Positions 35,099 to 43,334 of a stretch of 64,000 bases of DNA are shown here, one piece after another. This DNA comes from Chloroflexota bacterium (lineage in GTDB: Bacteria > Chloroflexota > Dehalococcoidia > Tepidiformales > Tepidiformaceae), in assembly GCA_026702615.1 (NCBI GenBank), contig JAPPBY010000013.1, positions 27,521 through 91,520 on the forward strand. Direction: 5' to 3'. The stretch's first letter is position 1; each line of letters begins with the position of its first letter. A model generated the notes under the pieces. It did no database searches and had not been told where the DNA came from. It saw only the letters and a program-made list of their open reading frames with translations. A program made the position numbers and the translations under genes.

Positions 35099-35522
35099 AT
35101 GCCGTCAGCATCGGCATCGTCTCGTTCAGGGTGTCCGTCGCCTGCTGGACGATCAGCGGCCGCAGCTGCTCCCGAATGGCCTCCGCCTCCGCCGAGTCGT
35201 TCGCGACGGCGTGGCTCAGCAGGCGGCTCGCCTGGTCGAGCACCGTGAAGCCGCGCGTCTCGCCGCCGCTCCCCTCCAGCACCGCCTCCAGCCCCGGGTG
35301 GTCCCGCAGCAGATCGGCGATGACCGCCTCCACCGCGTCGACCCGCGCGTCGACGTGCTCGTCACCCGCGATCAGTCCCCGCGCGTATTCGAGCGTGCCC
35401 ATGAGCTGGCTCGCCGCCGCCCGCGCCCAGGTGTCCTCCAGGTTTGGAAGGAGCTGGTTCTCGATCGTGTGCACCGCTCCCGCGAGCACCTCGTCGACGG
35501 TTGGTCGTTTCGCCTCCGGCAT
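35067..35522 (-). CDS. Hypothetical helical protein (151 aa)
   Basis: ORF from ATG 35522. No recognised motif. Overlaps the downstream kinase start by 32 nt, so one of the two starts may be wrong. Confidence 0.4.
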   Translation of the reverse strand: MPEAKRPTVDEVLAGAVHTIENQLLPNLEDTWARAAASQLMGTLEYARGLIAGDEHVDARVDAVEAVIADLLRDHPGLEAVLEGSGGETRGFTVLDQASRLLSHAVANDSAEAEAIREQLRPLIVQQATDTLNETMPMLTAFGGRPRRVER

Positions 35523-35533
35523 ACGGACTCGCG

Positions 35534-36568
35534 CTAGCCGCCGCGGAGCGCCGCAGCCGCTTCCGCCTCGCGCTCGAAGTCCCAGCCGCCGCCCCAGAGC
35601 GGATCCTTCGGGTTCTCCCCGATCTGGGCCATGCCCTCCTCCATGAACCACTCGAAGGTGTGGGCGTGCCCGCTGCGGAAGTCGTACTCGTTCTTGAAGT
35701 CCATCAGGGTCTCCGCCTTGCGGATGCTCAGCACCGAATGGTGCATGCGCCCGAAGAGGTGGCCGAACACCGGCTTGTTCTCGGGCTGGCGCCAGTTGAA
35801 GCCCATGTCCGGCAGCTTGTCTTCGGGGATGTACACGATGTCCGCCGGCTTCCCCACGATGTCCGCGAGCGTCTCCACGTAGTACTGGGTCGTCACCCCT
35901 TCGTTCGTCAGGTTGAACGCCTCGCCCTTGGCCACATCCTGCCCGGCGATGTCGATCTGGAAGCGCACGAGGTCGTCCACGTGCCCGTACGAGCAGGTGA
36001 CCAACCCCTCGTGCGGGATGAGGATGGGAAGGCCCCGCAGGAGGCGCAGGAACATCGGCGCCTCCATGTCGTAGATGTTGTTGTTCGGTCCGTAGATGGC
36101 CGCCGGCCTCACCGCCGTGACCGGGAAGCCCGTCTTCCGGTGCTGCTCGAACAGCCGCTTTTCCGTGTACGCCTTAAATCCCCCGTAGGTGTCCCTGGGC
36201 TGGTCCGTGTACCCGTTCGTCTCCGGCCAGGGCATGTTCCCCGACGGCTCGTAGCACATGATCGAGCTGCAGTAGACGTAGTGGCCGATATTCCCGTCGA
36301 GCAGGTCGATGAGGAAATCGAGGTCCGACTTGCCCGCCACCATCACGAACCCGGAGATGTCGAACACCGCGTCGAACTCGCGGCCGCCGAGAGCGGCCTT
36401 CATCGACTCGTTGTCCGTCCGGTCGGCGATCAACCGCTCCGTCCCCGGCGGCAGGTCGACCGAGGTCACGCCGCGGTTCAGCACGGCCACCTCGTGACCG
36501 CGCGCGGCCAGTTCCTTCACGGTGCGCAGCCCCACGAACGTGGACCCGCCGAATACCAACGTCTTCAT
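35534..36568 (-). CDS. NAD-dependent epimerase/dehydratase family protein
   Basis: MKTLVFGGSTFVG Rossmann motif and a YxxxK region (YGGFKAY). GGAGGGAAGG Shine-Dalgarno sequence. Confidence 0.8.
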   Translation of the reverse strand: MKTLVFGGSTFVGLRTVKELAARGHEVAVLNRGVTSVDLPPGTERLIADRTDNESMKAALGGREFDAVFDISGFVMVAGKSDLDFLIDLLDGNIGHYVYCSSIMCYEPSGNMPWPETNGYTDQPRDTYGGFKAYTEKRLFEQHRKTGFPVTAVRPAAIYGPNNNIYDMEAPMFLRLLRGLPILIPHEGLVTCSYGHVDDLVRFQIDIAGQDVAKGEAFNLTNEGVTTQYYVETLADIVGKPADIVYIPEDKLPDMGFNWRQPENKPVFGHLFGRMHHSVLSIRKAETLMDFKNEYDFRSGHAHTFEWFMEEGMAQIGENPKDPLWGGGWDFEREAEAAAALRGG

Positions 36569-36606
36569 CGCCTTCCCTCCGTGTGACCGGCTGCGTACGC
36601 CGTCCG

Positions 36607-37710
36607 TTACTCGAAGACCACCGCTTCGAAGTGCGCGAGACCTACGTCATCGCCGCTCCGAAGCAGCGTGAAGCTCTCCGCCCACGCGTGGTCGAACTCT
36701 TTCTCTGTGCCGTCTTCCTCGATGATCTTCTGCGGGTGGGAGGCGTCCCACACCTCGCCCTCGACATGGTACTCACCGCGCCAGACGCCCTGGCCCAGGC
36801 CGTCGTTGAAGCCACCGAAGTAGCCCCCGCCCTGGCAGTACACCCAGCCCAGGTCTTCGAGCTCGTACTCCCGCTTCGTCCCGTTCTCGTCCGTCAGGGC
36901 GAAACTCCCCGACTTCACCCGCTTCGGGCCGTCGGGGTAGAACTCGAGCTCGTGCTCGACCTCGGTGACTTCCATCTGTGAGTCGGGCAGCAGGATGGCG
37001 GCCTCCTGTTGCAGGCGAACGCCGTCGTTGCGGTCCATCGTCTGATAGAAGCCGCCGTGGTCCGGCATGTTGAACAGGACCCACTGGCGGAGCGCCTGCG
37101 TGCGCTCCCGCCGGAACTGCGAGGGCGCGCCGTGCTCCTGCGGGCCGCCCCGCCCCGGCATGGACCCCCACGAGTGGTTCCGGAAGAAGAACCACTTGTC
37201 CGGGGTGGCCGTGTACGTCTCGCCCGCCACTGTCACCGACCCCTCGACCGTCCCCACGACCTCGTACACGGCCCGCGAGCGCGTGAAGCGCCCGTTCTCG
37301 CGCACGTACGACGGCTGGTCCTCGTAGGGAGCCGCCGTCGACCGGCAGGTCAGGTCGCAGGAGATGCCGTGCTCGTTGTCCTCGAGCACCAGCCGCACCG
37401 TCTCCATCGGCTCCACGATCTCGATCCGCAGCGGTCCGATCCCGATGGTGTTGATGTCCGACCGTAGCCGCCGCGAGAGCCGGATGTTGTGCTGCTTCCC
37501 CTTGTGCCGGATGCACACGAACCCGTCGATCACGTCGTTGTTTGTGTAGAGGCGCACCAGCCCGATCATCTGGACGTTGCCATCCATGTCGCACAGGCAG
37601 ATGTAGTGCCCGTCGTTCCAGTGCTTGTCCGTCGCCGCGACGGAGCCAAACGCCTCCGTGATCTGGTGCACGGGGTGTTCGTCGAAATTCGTCAGCCCGT
37701 ACTGGCTCAT
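36607..37710 (-). CDS. Conserved hypothetical protein (predicted beta-rich; RNHSWG motif)
   Basis: 367-aa ORF with HWNDGHY and FFFRNHSWGSMPGRG segments, reminiscent of DUF proteins that accompany kinase/ACAD genes. The family is not confidently recognised. Confidence 0.5.
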   Translation of the reverse strand: MSQYGLTNFDEHPVHQITEAFGSVAATDKHWNDGHYICLCDMDGNVQMIGLVRLYTNNDVIDGFVCIRHKGKQHNIRLSRRLRSDINTIGIGPLRIEIVEPMETVRLVLEDNEHGISCDLTCRSTAAPYEDQPSYVRENGRFTRSRAVYEVVGTVEGSVTVAGETYTATPDKWFFFRNHSWGSMPGRGGPQEHGAPSQFRRERTQALRQWVLFNMPDHGGFYQTMDRNDGVRLQQEAAILLPDSQMEVTEVEHELEFYPDGPKRVKSGSFALTDENGTKREYELEDLGWVYCQGGGYFGGFNDGLGQGVWRGEYHVEGEVWDASHPQKIIEEDGTEKEFDHAWAESFTLLRSGDDVGLAHFEAVVFE

Positions 37711-37740
37711 GGCGATGTCCCTTCAGTGCGCTCCGGCGGC

Positions 37741-38706
37741 CTAGTCGTGCGCCAGTTCGACCAACGGTGCGAAGAAGTCGACCTGGTCGATCCAGTTCTG
37801 CGGGCTCGGGCAGGGCTCCCAGAACCCCGTCTCGATGATGACGTGCTCGATCCCCGCCTCCTTCGCCTCCTCAACCTTCGGCTTCATGTCCTCGGCTGTG
37901 CCGCTCCACGACATCGGACCGAAGAAGCCACCATGCCAGGGCTCGATGCCCGGCATGGTGGGGTTAGCGAAGATGCGCATGTAGTTCTTCAGCGGCCCGC
38001 GGCCGTACTCGGCCGCGAGTGCGTTCAGCCCGGCCATGCCCTGCATCACCATGTCCGGCGGCGCGCCGGCGGGATTCCAGGCGTCGGCCAACTCGGCGAT
38101 GCGGCGCTGGCCCTGCGGGTTGCCGCCGCCGCCCATCGCGATCTCGATCTGCGGCTCACCGGCCGCGTTGCGCTGGACCGGCTTCGGCGAGCTGTCGCAC
38201 TTGGGCACGTCGAAGAACTCGCCGTGGTACTCGACCGGGTCCGGCAGCCAGCACGCCTTGAGCGCCCGCACGAAGTCCGTCATGCGCGCGCCCCGCTGCG
38301 TGAAGGGCGTATCCATGTGGTCGTACTCGTCCTTGCTCCAGCCGAGCCCCAGGCCGGCGATCACGCGCCCGCCCGAGAGAATGTCGAGCGTCGTCAGGCG
38401 CTTCGCCAGCAGCAGCGGCCGGTAGTACGCCGTCACCAGGATCGACGTCCCGATCTGCACGCGCTCGGTCGCCGCTGCCACGAACGCCAGCAGCTCGATG
38501 GGGGAGAGCATGCAGCGGTACGGGTCCGGCATCTTCACTTCCGTGGGCCCGCCGGCGTACCCCACCTGCGGGTCGTCCGGGACCATGAAGTGGTCCTGGA
38601 CCCAGAGCGAGTCGAAGCCCGCCGCCTCGGCGTTCCGGGAGAAACCGAGGACCGCCGAGCGGTCCGCGTGGGGATTGAGCTGGGGCAAGCAGAGTCCGAT
38701 CTTCAT
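37741..38706 (-). CDS. LLM-class (luciferase-like) flavin/F420-dependent oxidoreductase
   Basis: MKIGLCLPQ..., GFDSLWVQDH, SGGRVIAGLGLGW. The start at 38706 is uncertain (alternative GTG at 38718). Confidence 0.8.
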   Translation of the reverse strand: MKIGLCLPQLNPHADRSAVLGFSRNAEAAGFDSLWVQDHFMVPDDPQVGYAGGPTEVKMPDPYRCMLSPIELLAFVAAATERVQIGTSILVTAYYRPLLLAKRLTTLDILSGGRVIAGLGLGWSKDEYDHMDTPFTQRGARMTDFVRALKACWLPDPVEYHGEFFDVPKCDSSPKPVQRNAAGEPQIEIAMGGGGNPQGQRRIAELADAWNPAGAPPDMVMQGMAGLNALAAEYGRGPLKNYMRIFANPTMPGIEPWHGGFFGPMSWSGTAEDMKPKVEEAKEAGIEHVIIETGFWEPCPSPQNWIDQVDFFAPLVELAHD

Positions 38707-38809
38707 GCGCGAAATCACCGTCCGTCAGAAGTGCGCGCAGTCTACCGGGTTTCCGTAGTGGGCGATGGCCCTGCCGAATCACGTTCAGAGACGAGTTTGT
38801 AAAGGAAAC

Positions 38810-38838
38810 TTGACAGACGATGCGGTGTCAAGGATACT
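38810..38838 (+). promoter_or_regulatory. Candidate sigma-70-type promoter with overlapping CTTGAC inverted repeats
   Basis: TTGACA (38810..38815), a 17-nt spacer, then GATACT (38833..38838). CTTGACA/TGTCAAG and GTCAAG/CTTGAC inverted repeats span 38809..38842, about 20 nt upstream of ATG 38858. Confidence 0.4.
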
Positions 38839-38857
38839 TGACTTCCCGGAGAACGCC

Positions 38858-39247
38858 ATGTTGGAACAGGACGTTGCCAAGCGAATCTACGACCGCTGGG
38901 TGTGGGTTGCCTTCATCGTCTACTCGGGTCTGCTCGGCGGGGTCATCACCGTCCTCCAGACCCACCCGGACGCGGCCTGGCGCTACCCCGTGGCCGTCAC
39001 GCCCATGATCCCCTGGGTCTTCATCGTGGGGGCGTACGTGCGCTACTACCGCCGCATGGACGAGCTCCATCAGCGCATGGCCCTCGAGGCCTTCGCGTTC
39101 GCATTCGCCGGAACAGCCCTCCTCACGTTCACGTACGGCTTCCTCGACCTGGCGGGTCTCCATCGAATCAGCTGGTTCTGGGTCTGGCCCGTCATGGCGG
39201 CGCTCTGGATCATCGGTGGCTTCGTCGCGAGGAAGCGCTGGCTGTGA
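38858..39247 (+). CDS. Small integral membrane protein (4 predicted TM segments) paired with an XRE regulator
   Basis: Hydrophobic segments WVWVAFIVYSGLLGGVITVL, IPWVFIVGAYV, AFAFAFAGTALLTF, WFWVWPVMAALWIIGGF. The stop overlaps the downstream GTG (GTGA). Confidence 0.65.
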   Translation: MLEQDVAKRIYDRWVWVAFIVYSGLLGGVITVLQTHPDAAWRYPVAVTPMIPWVFIVGAYVRYYRRMDELHQRMALEAFAFAFAGTALLTFTYGFLDLAGLHRISWFWVWPVMAALWIIGGFVARKRWL

Positions 39248-39441
39248 AGAACACCTTGCGCGAACTCCGCGCCGAGCGCGCCTGGACCCAGGCCGACCTC
39301 TCCGAGGAGCTCGGTGTCAGCCGCCAGACCGTCAACGCCATCGAGACCGGCAAGTACGACCCCAGCCTCCCCCTCGCCTTCCGCATCGCCGCCCTCTTCG
39401 ACCGCCCCATCGAGGCCATCTTCCACCCCGACGACCGGTGA
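39244..39441 (+). CDS. XRE-family helix-turn-helix transcriptional regulator (65 aa)
   Basis: LRELRAERAWTQADLSEELGVSRQTVNAIETGKYDPSLPLAFRIAALF, a typical short Cro/C1-type HTH protein. Confidence 0.85.
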   Translation: MKNTLRELRAERAWTQADLSEELGVSRQTVNAIETGKYDPSLPLAFRIAALFDRPIEAIFHPDDR

Positions 39442-39450
39442 GCCGGGTGC

Positions 39451-39479
39451 TCCTTATTGATACTAAGTATCAATAAGGA
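39451..39479. promoter_or_regulatory. Perfect 29-bp AT-rich palindrome with a Fur-family-like 7-1-7 core (TGATACT-a-AGTATCA)
   Basis: TCCTTATTGATACT A AGTATCAATAAGGA. It is the only strongly AT-rich island nearby and overlaps a candidate promoter (-35 TTGATA at 39457..39462, -10 TAAAGT at 39480..39485). Confidence 0.55.
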
Positions 39480-39547
39480 TAAAGTCCCAACTTCCGGCAG
39501 CCTGCGGGCTCCGGAAATTCTGTTCTGCCTTTGGAGGCACTCTCCTC

Positions 39548-40894
39548 GTGAGATTCCCGATTGTCCTCGCGGCCACCCTGGCCGCCGCCCTTCTCGTCGT
39601 CGCCTGTGGTGATGACTCCAGCCCCGAGCCAGCCCCCGCCACCGAAGCCCCCGCCGCGGCCCGCGAGGTCGTCGAGGACGACCACGCAGACGAGGACGGT
39701 CACGCCGAGGATGACCACGCCGACGATGACCACATGGTCGCGCACGCCGAGGCCGGCCGCATCATCGTCACCGACGCAGCCTCCCCCTACGCGTCCGTCA
39801 TCGAGCTCGGTTCCGACCTCGTCGTGCAGGGCGCCTTCGAGGTCGCCGCTCCCAGCGCCCGCATCTACAGCGCGCTTGGAGGCCGCTACGTCTTCGTCCT
39901 CGCCCGCGGGCCCGAGGACGCCGACGACCGCATCCACGTCTTTGATGGCGGCATTTACAGCGTCCCCCACGGGGACCACGAGGACCTCGTCACGGGTCCC
40001 CTCACCCGCCTTCTCGACATCGCCGACGAGCTCCCCATCCACTTCACGTCCGTCAACGGCTGGGTCGCGGTCTTCGCCGACTCTCACGGTCACGTCTTCC
40101 TCTTCGAAGAGGAAGGCCTTGCCTCGAGTGGCGACAGCTACGAACCCCGCGTCCTTGAAGCGGGCCCCCACCACGGCACTGCTGTCGCTCTGGCTGGCGA
40201 CCGCTTCATCGTCTCCACGAAGAACCCCGACAACGCCGAGGATCCCCTCCCCGTCGGCGTAGAGGTCCGCGACCTCAACGACAACGTTATCTACGACGCC
40301 AGCAACCGCTCCTGCCCCGGCCTCCACGGCGAAGCGCACAGCGCCCCCGGCGTCCTCTTCGGCTGCACCGGCGGCGTCCTCCTCCTCCAGCAGGAAGGCG
40401 ATGCGCTCAGTTACACCTTCATCCAGAACCCCGAGGAGATGCTGGAGAACGCCCGCGTGGGAACTGTCTTCGGCCACGGCGAGGCGAGCACCTTCTTCGG
40501 CACCGCCTCCTATCGCACCGAGCAAGGCTGGGGACAGGACGGCCTCTGGTTTATCGACCCTGCGAACGGCGCCTTCACCCGCGTGATGGACGAGTCTTCC
40601 ACGGCCTCCTTCGGGCCCCACGGTGAGCGCTTCTTCGTCTTCACCGCCGATGGCGTCCTCCATGTCTACGATGCCGGCACCGGCGAATTCGTGACGAAGG
40701 CCGCCCTTCTTGCCCCGGGCGCCGAGCGTCCCCCGGCCATGATCTTCGTCGGCGAAGACTTGGTCATCACCGATCCGGCTAACGGGCTCGTCAAGCGCGT
40801 GAGCCTCGACACCTTCTCCACGATCGACGAATGGGAGGTCGGAGGCACCCCCGCGAGCCTCGCCTTCGTTGGTCTCGGAGCGGCGGGCCACTAG
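39548..40894 (+). CDS. His/Asp-rich secreted lipoprotein, putative beta-propeller metallochaperone (AztD-like)
   Basis: Lipobox LLVVAC. N-terminal DDHADEDGHAEDDHADDDH tract. Repeated His motifs (PHGDHED, DSHGHVF, GPHHG, GLHGEAH). About 400-aa body. GTG start with GGAGG upstream. Confidence 0.5.
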   Translation: MRFPIVLAATLAAALLVVACGDDSSPEPAPATEAPAAAREVVEDDHADEDGHAEDDHADDDHMVAHAEAGRIIVTDAASPYASVIELGSDLVVQGAFEVAAPSARIYSALGGRYVFVLARGPEDADDRIHVFDGGIYSVPHGDHEDLVTGPLTRLLDIADELPIHFTSVNGWVAVFADSHGHVFLFEEEGLASSGDSYEPRVLEAGPHHGTAVALAGDRFIVSTKNPDNAEDPLPVGVEVRDLNDNVIYDASNRSCPGLHGEAHSAPGVLFGCTGGVLLLQQEGDALSYTFIQNPEEMLENARVGTVFGHGEASTFFGTASYRTEQGWGQDGLWFIDPANGAFTRVMDESSTASFGPHGERFFVFTADGVLHVYDAGTGEFVTKAALLAPGAERPPAMIFVGEDLVITDPANGLVKRVSLDTFSTIDEWEVGGTPASLAFVGLGAAGH

Positions 40895-40919
40895 CCGCCG
40901 GTCGATTCAGCTGGAGTGT

Positions 40920-40943
40920 GCCGGGCGAGACCTCGCGCCCGGC
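40920..40943 (+). terminator. GC-rich hairpin downstream of the lipoprotein gene
   Basis: GCCGGGCG-agacctcg-CGCCCGGC. No U-tract follows. Confidence 0.3.
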
Positions 40944-40959
40944 GCGCTCCTTAAACGAG

Positions 40960-40989
40960 AAGCCGCCCCTTAGGCATGGAGGGCGGCTT
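40960..40989 (+). terminator. Candidate intrinsic terminator
   Basis: AAGCCGCCC-cttaggcatgga-GGGCGGCTT followed by TCTCG. A 9-bp stem with a short T-rich tail. Confidence 0.45.
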
Positions 40990-41066
40990 TCTCGTGCGAG
41001 GCCCCTACCATTGCGACCCCGTACACTCCCCGCCGTGGCCCGCGACTCGGGCAGGGAGCGTTCGGT

Positions 41067-41852
41067 ATGGGACTCCTCGACGGCAAGAAGGCGATCATTC
41101 TGGGGGCCTCCAGCGGCATCGGCTGGGCCATTGCCGAGCGCTTCGCCGAGCACGGCGCCGAGCTCATCATCGCCGCCCGCCGCCAGGAGAACCTCGAGAA
41201 GCTCGCCTCCCAGATCGGCGCCACCCCCATCCGCTGCGACGGCCGCGACTACGATGACCTCAAGGCCCTCGCCGATGCCGCCATCGACAAGTGGGGCAAC
41301 CTCGACATCGCCGTCAACTCCGCCGGCATCGTCCGCTTCAATCTGATCAAGGACATCATCCCCGAGGAGCTCCACGAGGTCGCCGACATCCAGTACTTCG
41401 GCTTCATCTACTTCATGAAGCACATGGGTAACGCCATGGCCGCCACCGGTGGCGGCTCGCTCATCAACATCACGTCGAGCACGGCCATCTCCATCCCCAT
41501 CGGGCTCACGCCCTACTCCGCCGCCAAGGCCGCCATCAACTTCGCGACGAAGATTGCCGCCCGCGAGTTCGGTCCGGACCAGGTGCGAGTCAACGCGGTC
41601 GCTCCGGGTTTCGTCCCCACCGCCATGAACGCCTACGGCGGCGGCGGCACGCCCATTGACGAGGCCCGCGTCGACCTCCCCGAGGACTCGCCCGCCGCCC
41701 AGAGCTTCATCGAGCAGACGCCCCTCGCCCGCATCACCACCGTCGACGACTGCGCCGACGTCACGCTCGCCGTCGCGAGCGACCTCTTCGGCGACATCAC
41801 TGGCCAGGTCATCCCCGTCGAAGGCGGCAACCACCTCCTGCGCCTGCCGTAG
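41067..41852 (+). CDS. SDR-family oxidoreductase
   Basis: KKAIILGASSGIG motif, YSAAK catalytic motif. Confidence 0.85.
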   Translation: MGLLDGKKAIILGASSGIGWAIAERFAEHGAELIIAARRQENLEKLASQIGATPIRCDGRDYDDLKALADAAIDKWGNLDIAVNSAGIVRFNLIKDIIPEELHEVADIQYFGFIYFMKHMGNAMAATGGGSLINITSSTAISIPIGLTPYSAAKAAINFATKIAAREFGPDQVRVNAVAPGFVPTAMNAYGGGGTPIDEARVDLPEDSPAAQSFIEQTPLARITTVDDCADVTLAVASDLFGDITGQVIPVEGGNHLLRLP

Positions 41853-42092
41853 GAAAGCGCTCGCTGCGCTCGCTGAGTGGAGCGGCAGGCTCCCGCCCGC
41901 CTGAGAAGAGCGCTCGCGGCTGCGCCGCTCACTGAGGAGAGCGGCGGCTTCGCCTCCTGAGTGGGAGATGGCACGTGACCTGTGCCCCTGCCCTACTCGG
42001 CGAGCAGAGCGAGCGCTCCACTCAGCGCGGCCCCGCCGCGCGCTCTTCTCACCCCTCAGTCGCGCGTTAGCGCGGCGCTCTCCTACTCCGTC
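41853..42092. repeat. Degenerate short-repeat array in a convergent intergenic region (motif CTGAG-N3-GAGCG)
   Basis: Forward copies start at 41873, 41901, 41932 and 41957. Reverse-complement copies lie at 42013..42025, 42040..42059 and 42075..42092. A central GGCAC-gtgacct-GTGCC hairpin lies near 41970..41986. Confidence 0.6.
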
Positions 42093-42871
42093 AGCCAGCC
42101 GCCGTCGACGTTCAGGTAGATACCGTTGATGTAGTCCGCCAGCGGCGAGCACACGAACGCCACTGCGTTCCCGATCTCCTCCGGCTTCGCCCAGCGACCC
42201 GCCGGGATGCGCGCGATACGGTTCGCCACCGCGTCCGCGAGCCCGTTGCCCGTGAGCTGGATCGTCGCGTTCGGGTCGAGCGGGGGCGGGTCGCCGGGGT
42301 TCACCCAGGTCGCGCCCGGCGCAACCGCGTTCACGGTGATGCCGGTGCGTCCCAGCTCCAGCGCCAGCGCCCGCGTGATCTGCAGCACTGCCGCCTTCGA
42401 GCCGTCGTAGGTAACGCCCACGCCCGGCGAAACCGCCTGCGTCGAGGCAATGTTCACGATGCGCCCGCCGTTCCCGGCTGCCAGCATCACCCGCGCCGCC
42501 GCCTGGCAGCCGTAGAACACGCCATCGACGTTCACCGACCAGAGGATGCGCCACATCTCCGGCGTAATGTCGGCGATGCCTCCGCCGTACTCGCGGTAGA
42601 CGCCCGCGTTGTTCACGAGGATGTCGAGGCTGCCGTGGTCCGCGACGATCTGGTCGATGGCCGCGTCGAACGCGTCCTGGTCCGTCACGTCGAGCGGCAG
42701 CGCCGCCGCTCCCAGCTCGGCCGCGGTCGCCGCCGTCGTGTCCGGGTTCAGGTCCGAGACGACGACCGTCGCCCCGCACTCGCTGAGCACGGTCGCGATG
42801 CCCTTGCCGATGCCCTGTCCGCTCCCGGTGACCAGCGCCACCTTGCCCTGGAGGTCGATCTCCTTCGCCAT
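42083..42871 (-). CDS. SDR-family oxidoreductase
   Basis: GKVALVTGSGQGIG motif, YDGSKAA catalytic motif. ATG at 42871 is preceded by AAGGA. Confidence 0.85.
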   Translation of the reverse strand: MAKEIDLQGKVALVTGSGQGIGKGIATVLSECGATVVVSDLNPDTTAATAAELGAAALPLDVTDQDAFDAAIDQIVADHGSLDILVNNAGVYREYGGGIADITPEMWRILWSVNVDGVFYGCQAAARVMLAAGNGGRIVNIASTQAVSPGVGVTYDGSKAAVLQITRALALELGRTGITVNAVAPGATWVNPGDPPPLDPNATIQLTGNGLADAVANRIARIPAGRWAKPEEIGNAVAFVCSPLADYINGIYLNVDGGWLTE

Positions 42872-42917
42872 GTCTGTTCCTTTCGCTGTGCGGATAGCCG
42901 TCCTTGGTCGGCGAATC

Positions 42918-43334
42918 CTACGCCGAGATGGTGCGCTCTTCCGACCACTTCCCCTCGAGATTGCGCTCGACGATCTTCCACTCGCCCTCGCGCCGCTCGA
43001 AGCGGTCGATGTACGTACCGCCCATGACCCAGATCGTGCCCTCGGCGCTGACATGGCTCGCCTGCACGTAGGTGCATGCCGAGGCCCGGTCGCCATCGAG
43101 CGTGATCTCGTAGTTTCCCAGCAGGTGCTGCGTGTGTGCGTACCGCGAGAGCACACCCTCCGCGTACGTCGCCGCCTCGTCGGGTGTCAGCGCCTCGCCG
43201 TAGTGCACGACCGCGTCGTCGCTGAAGCACGTCCGGAAGCGCTCGTAGTCCTTTGCGTCCAGCGACGTCGCGTAGCGGTCGATCACCGCGACGATCGCCT
43301 GCCGGTCGGCGAGCTGCTCTGCGGTCAGGTCCAA
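42918..43334 (-). CDS. NTF2/SnoaL-like fold protein
   Basis: IVAVIDRYATSLDAKDYERFRTCFSDD pattern. TTG start at 43334 is preceded by AGAGGA and overlaps the upstream gene's stop. Confidence 0.6.
   Translation of the reverse strand: MDLTAEQLADRQAIVAVIDRYATSLDAKDYERFRTCFSDDAVVHYGEALTPDEAATYAEGVLSRYAHTQHLLGNYEITLDGDRASACTYVQASHVSAEGTIWVMGGTYIDRFERREGEWKIVERNLEGKWSEERTISA

Noticed and set aside
41853-42092. Possible CRISPR array or tRNA/ncRNA gene in the repeat-rich spacer.
   Set aside because: The repeat units are only about 12-14 nt, degenerate, irregularly spaced (25-31 nt) and occur in both orientations. There are no cas genes and I could trace no tRNA cloverleaf. It is kept as a generic repeat finding only.
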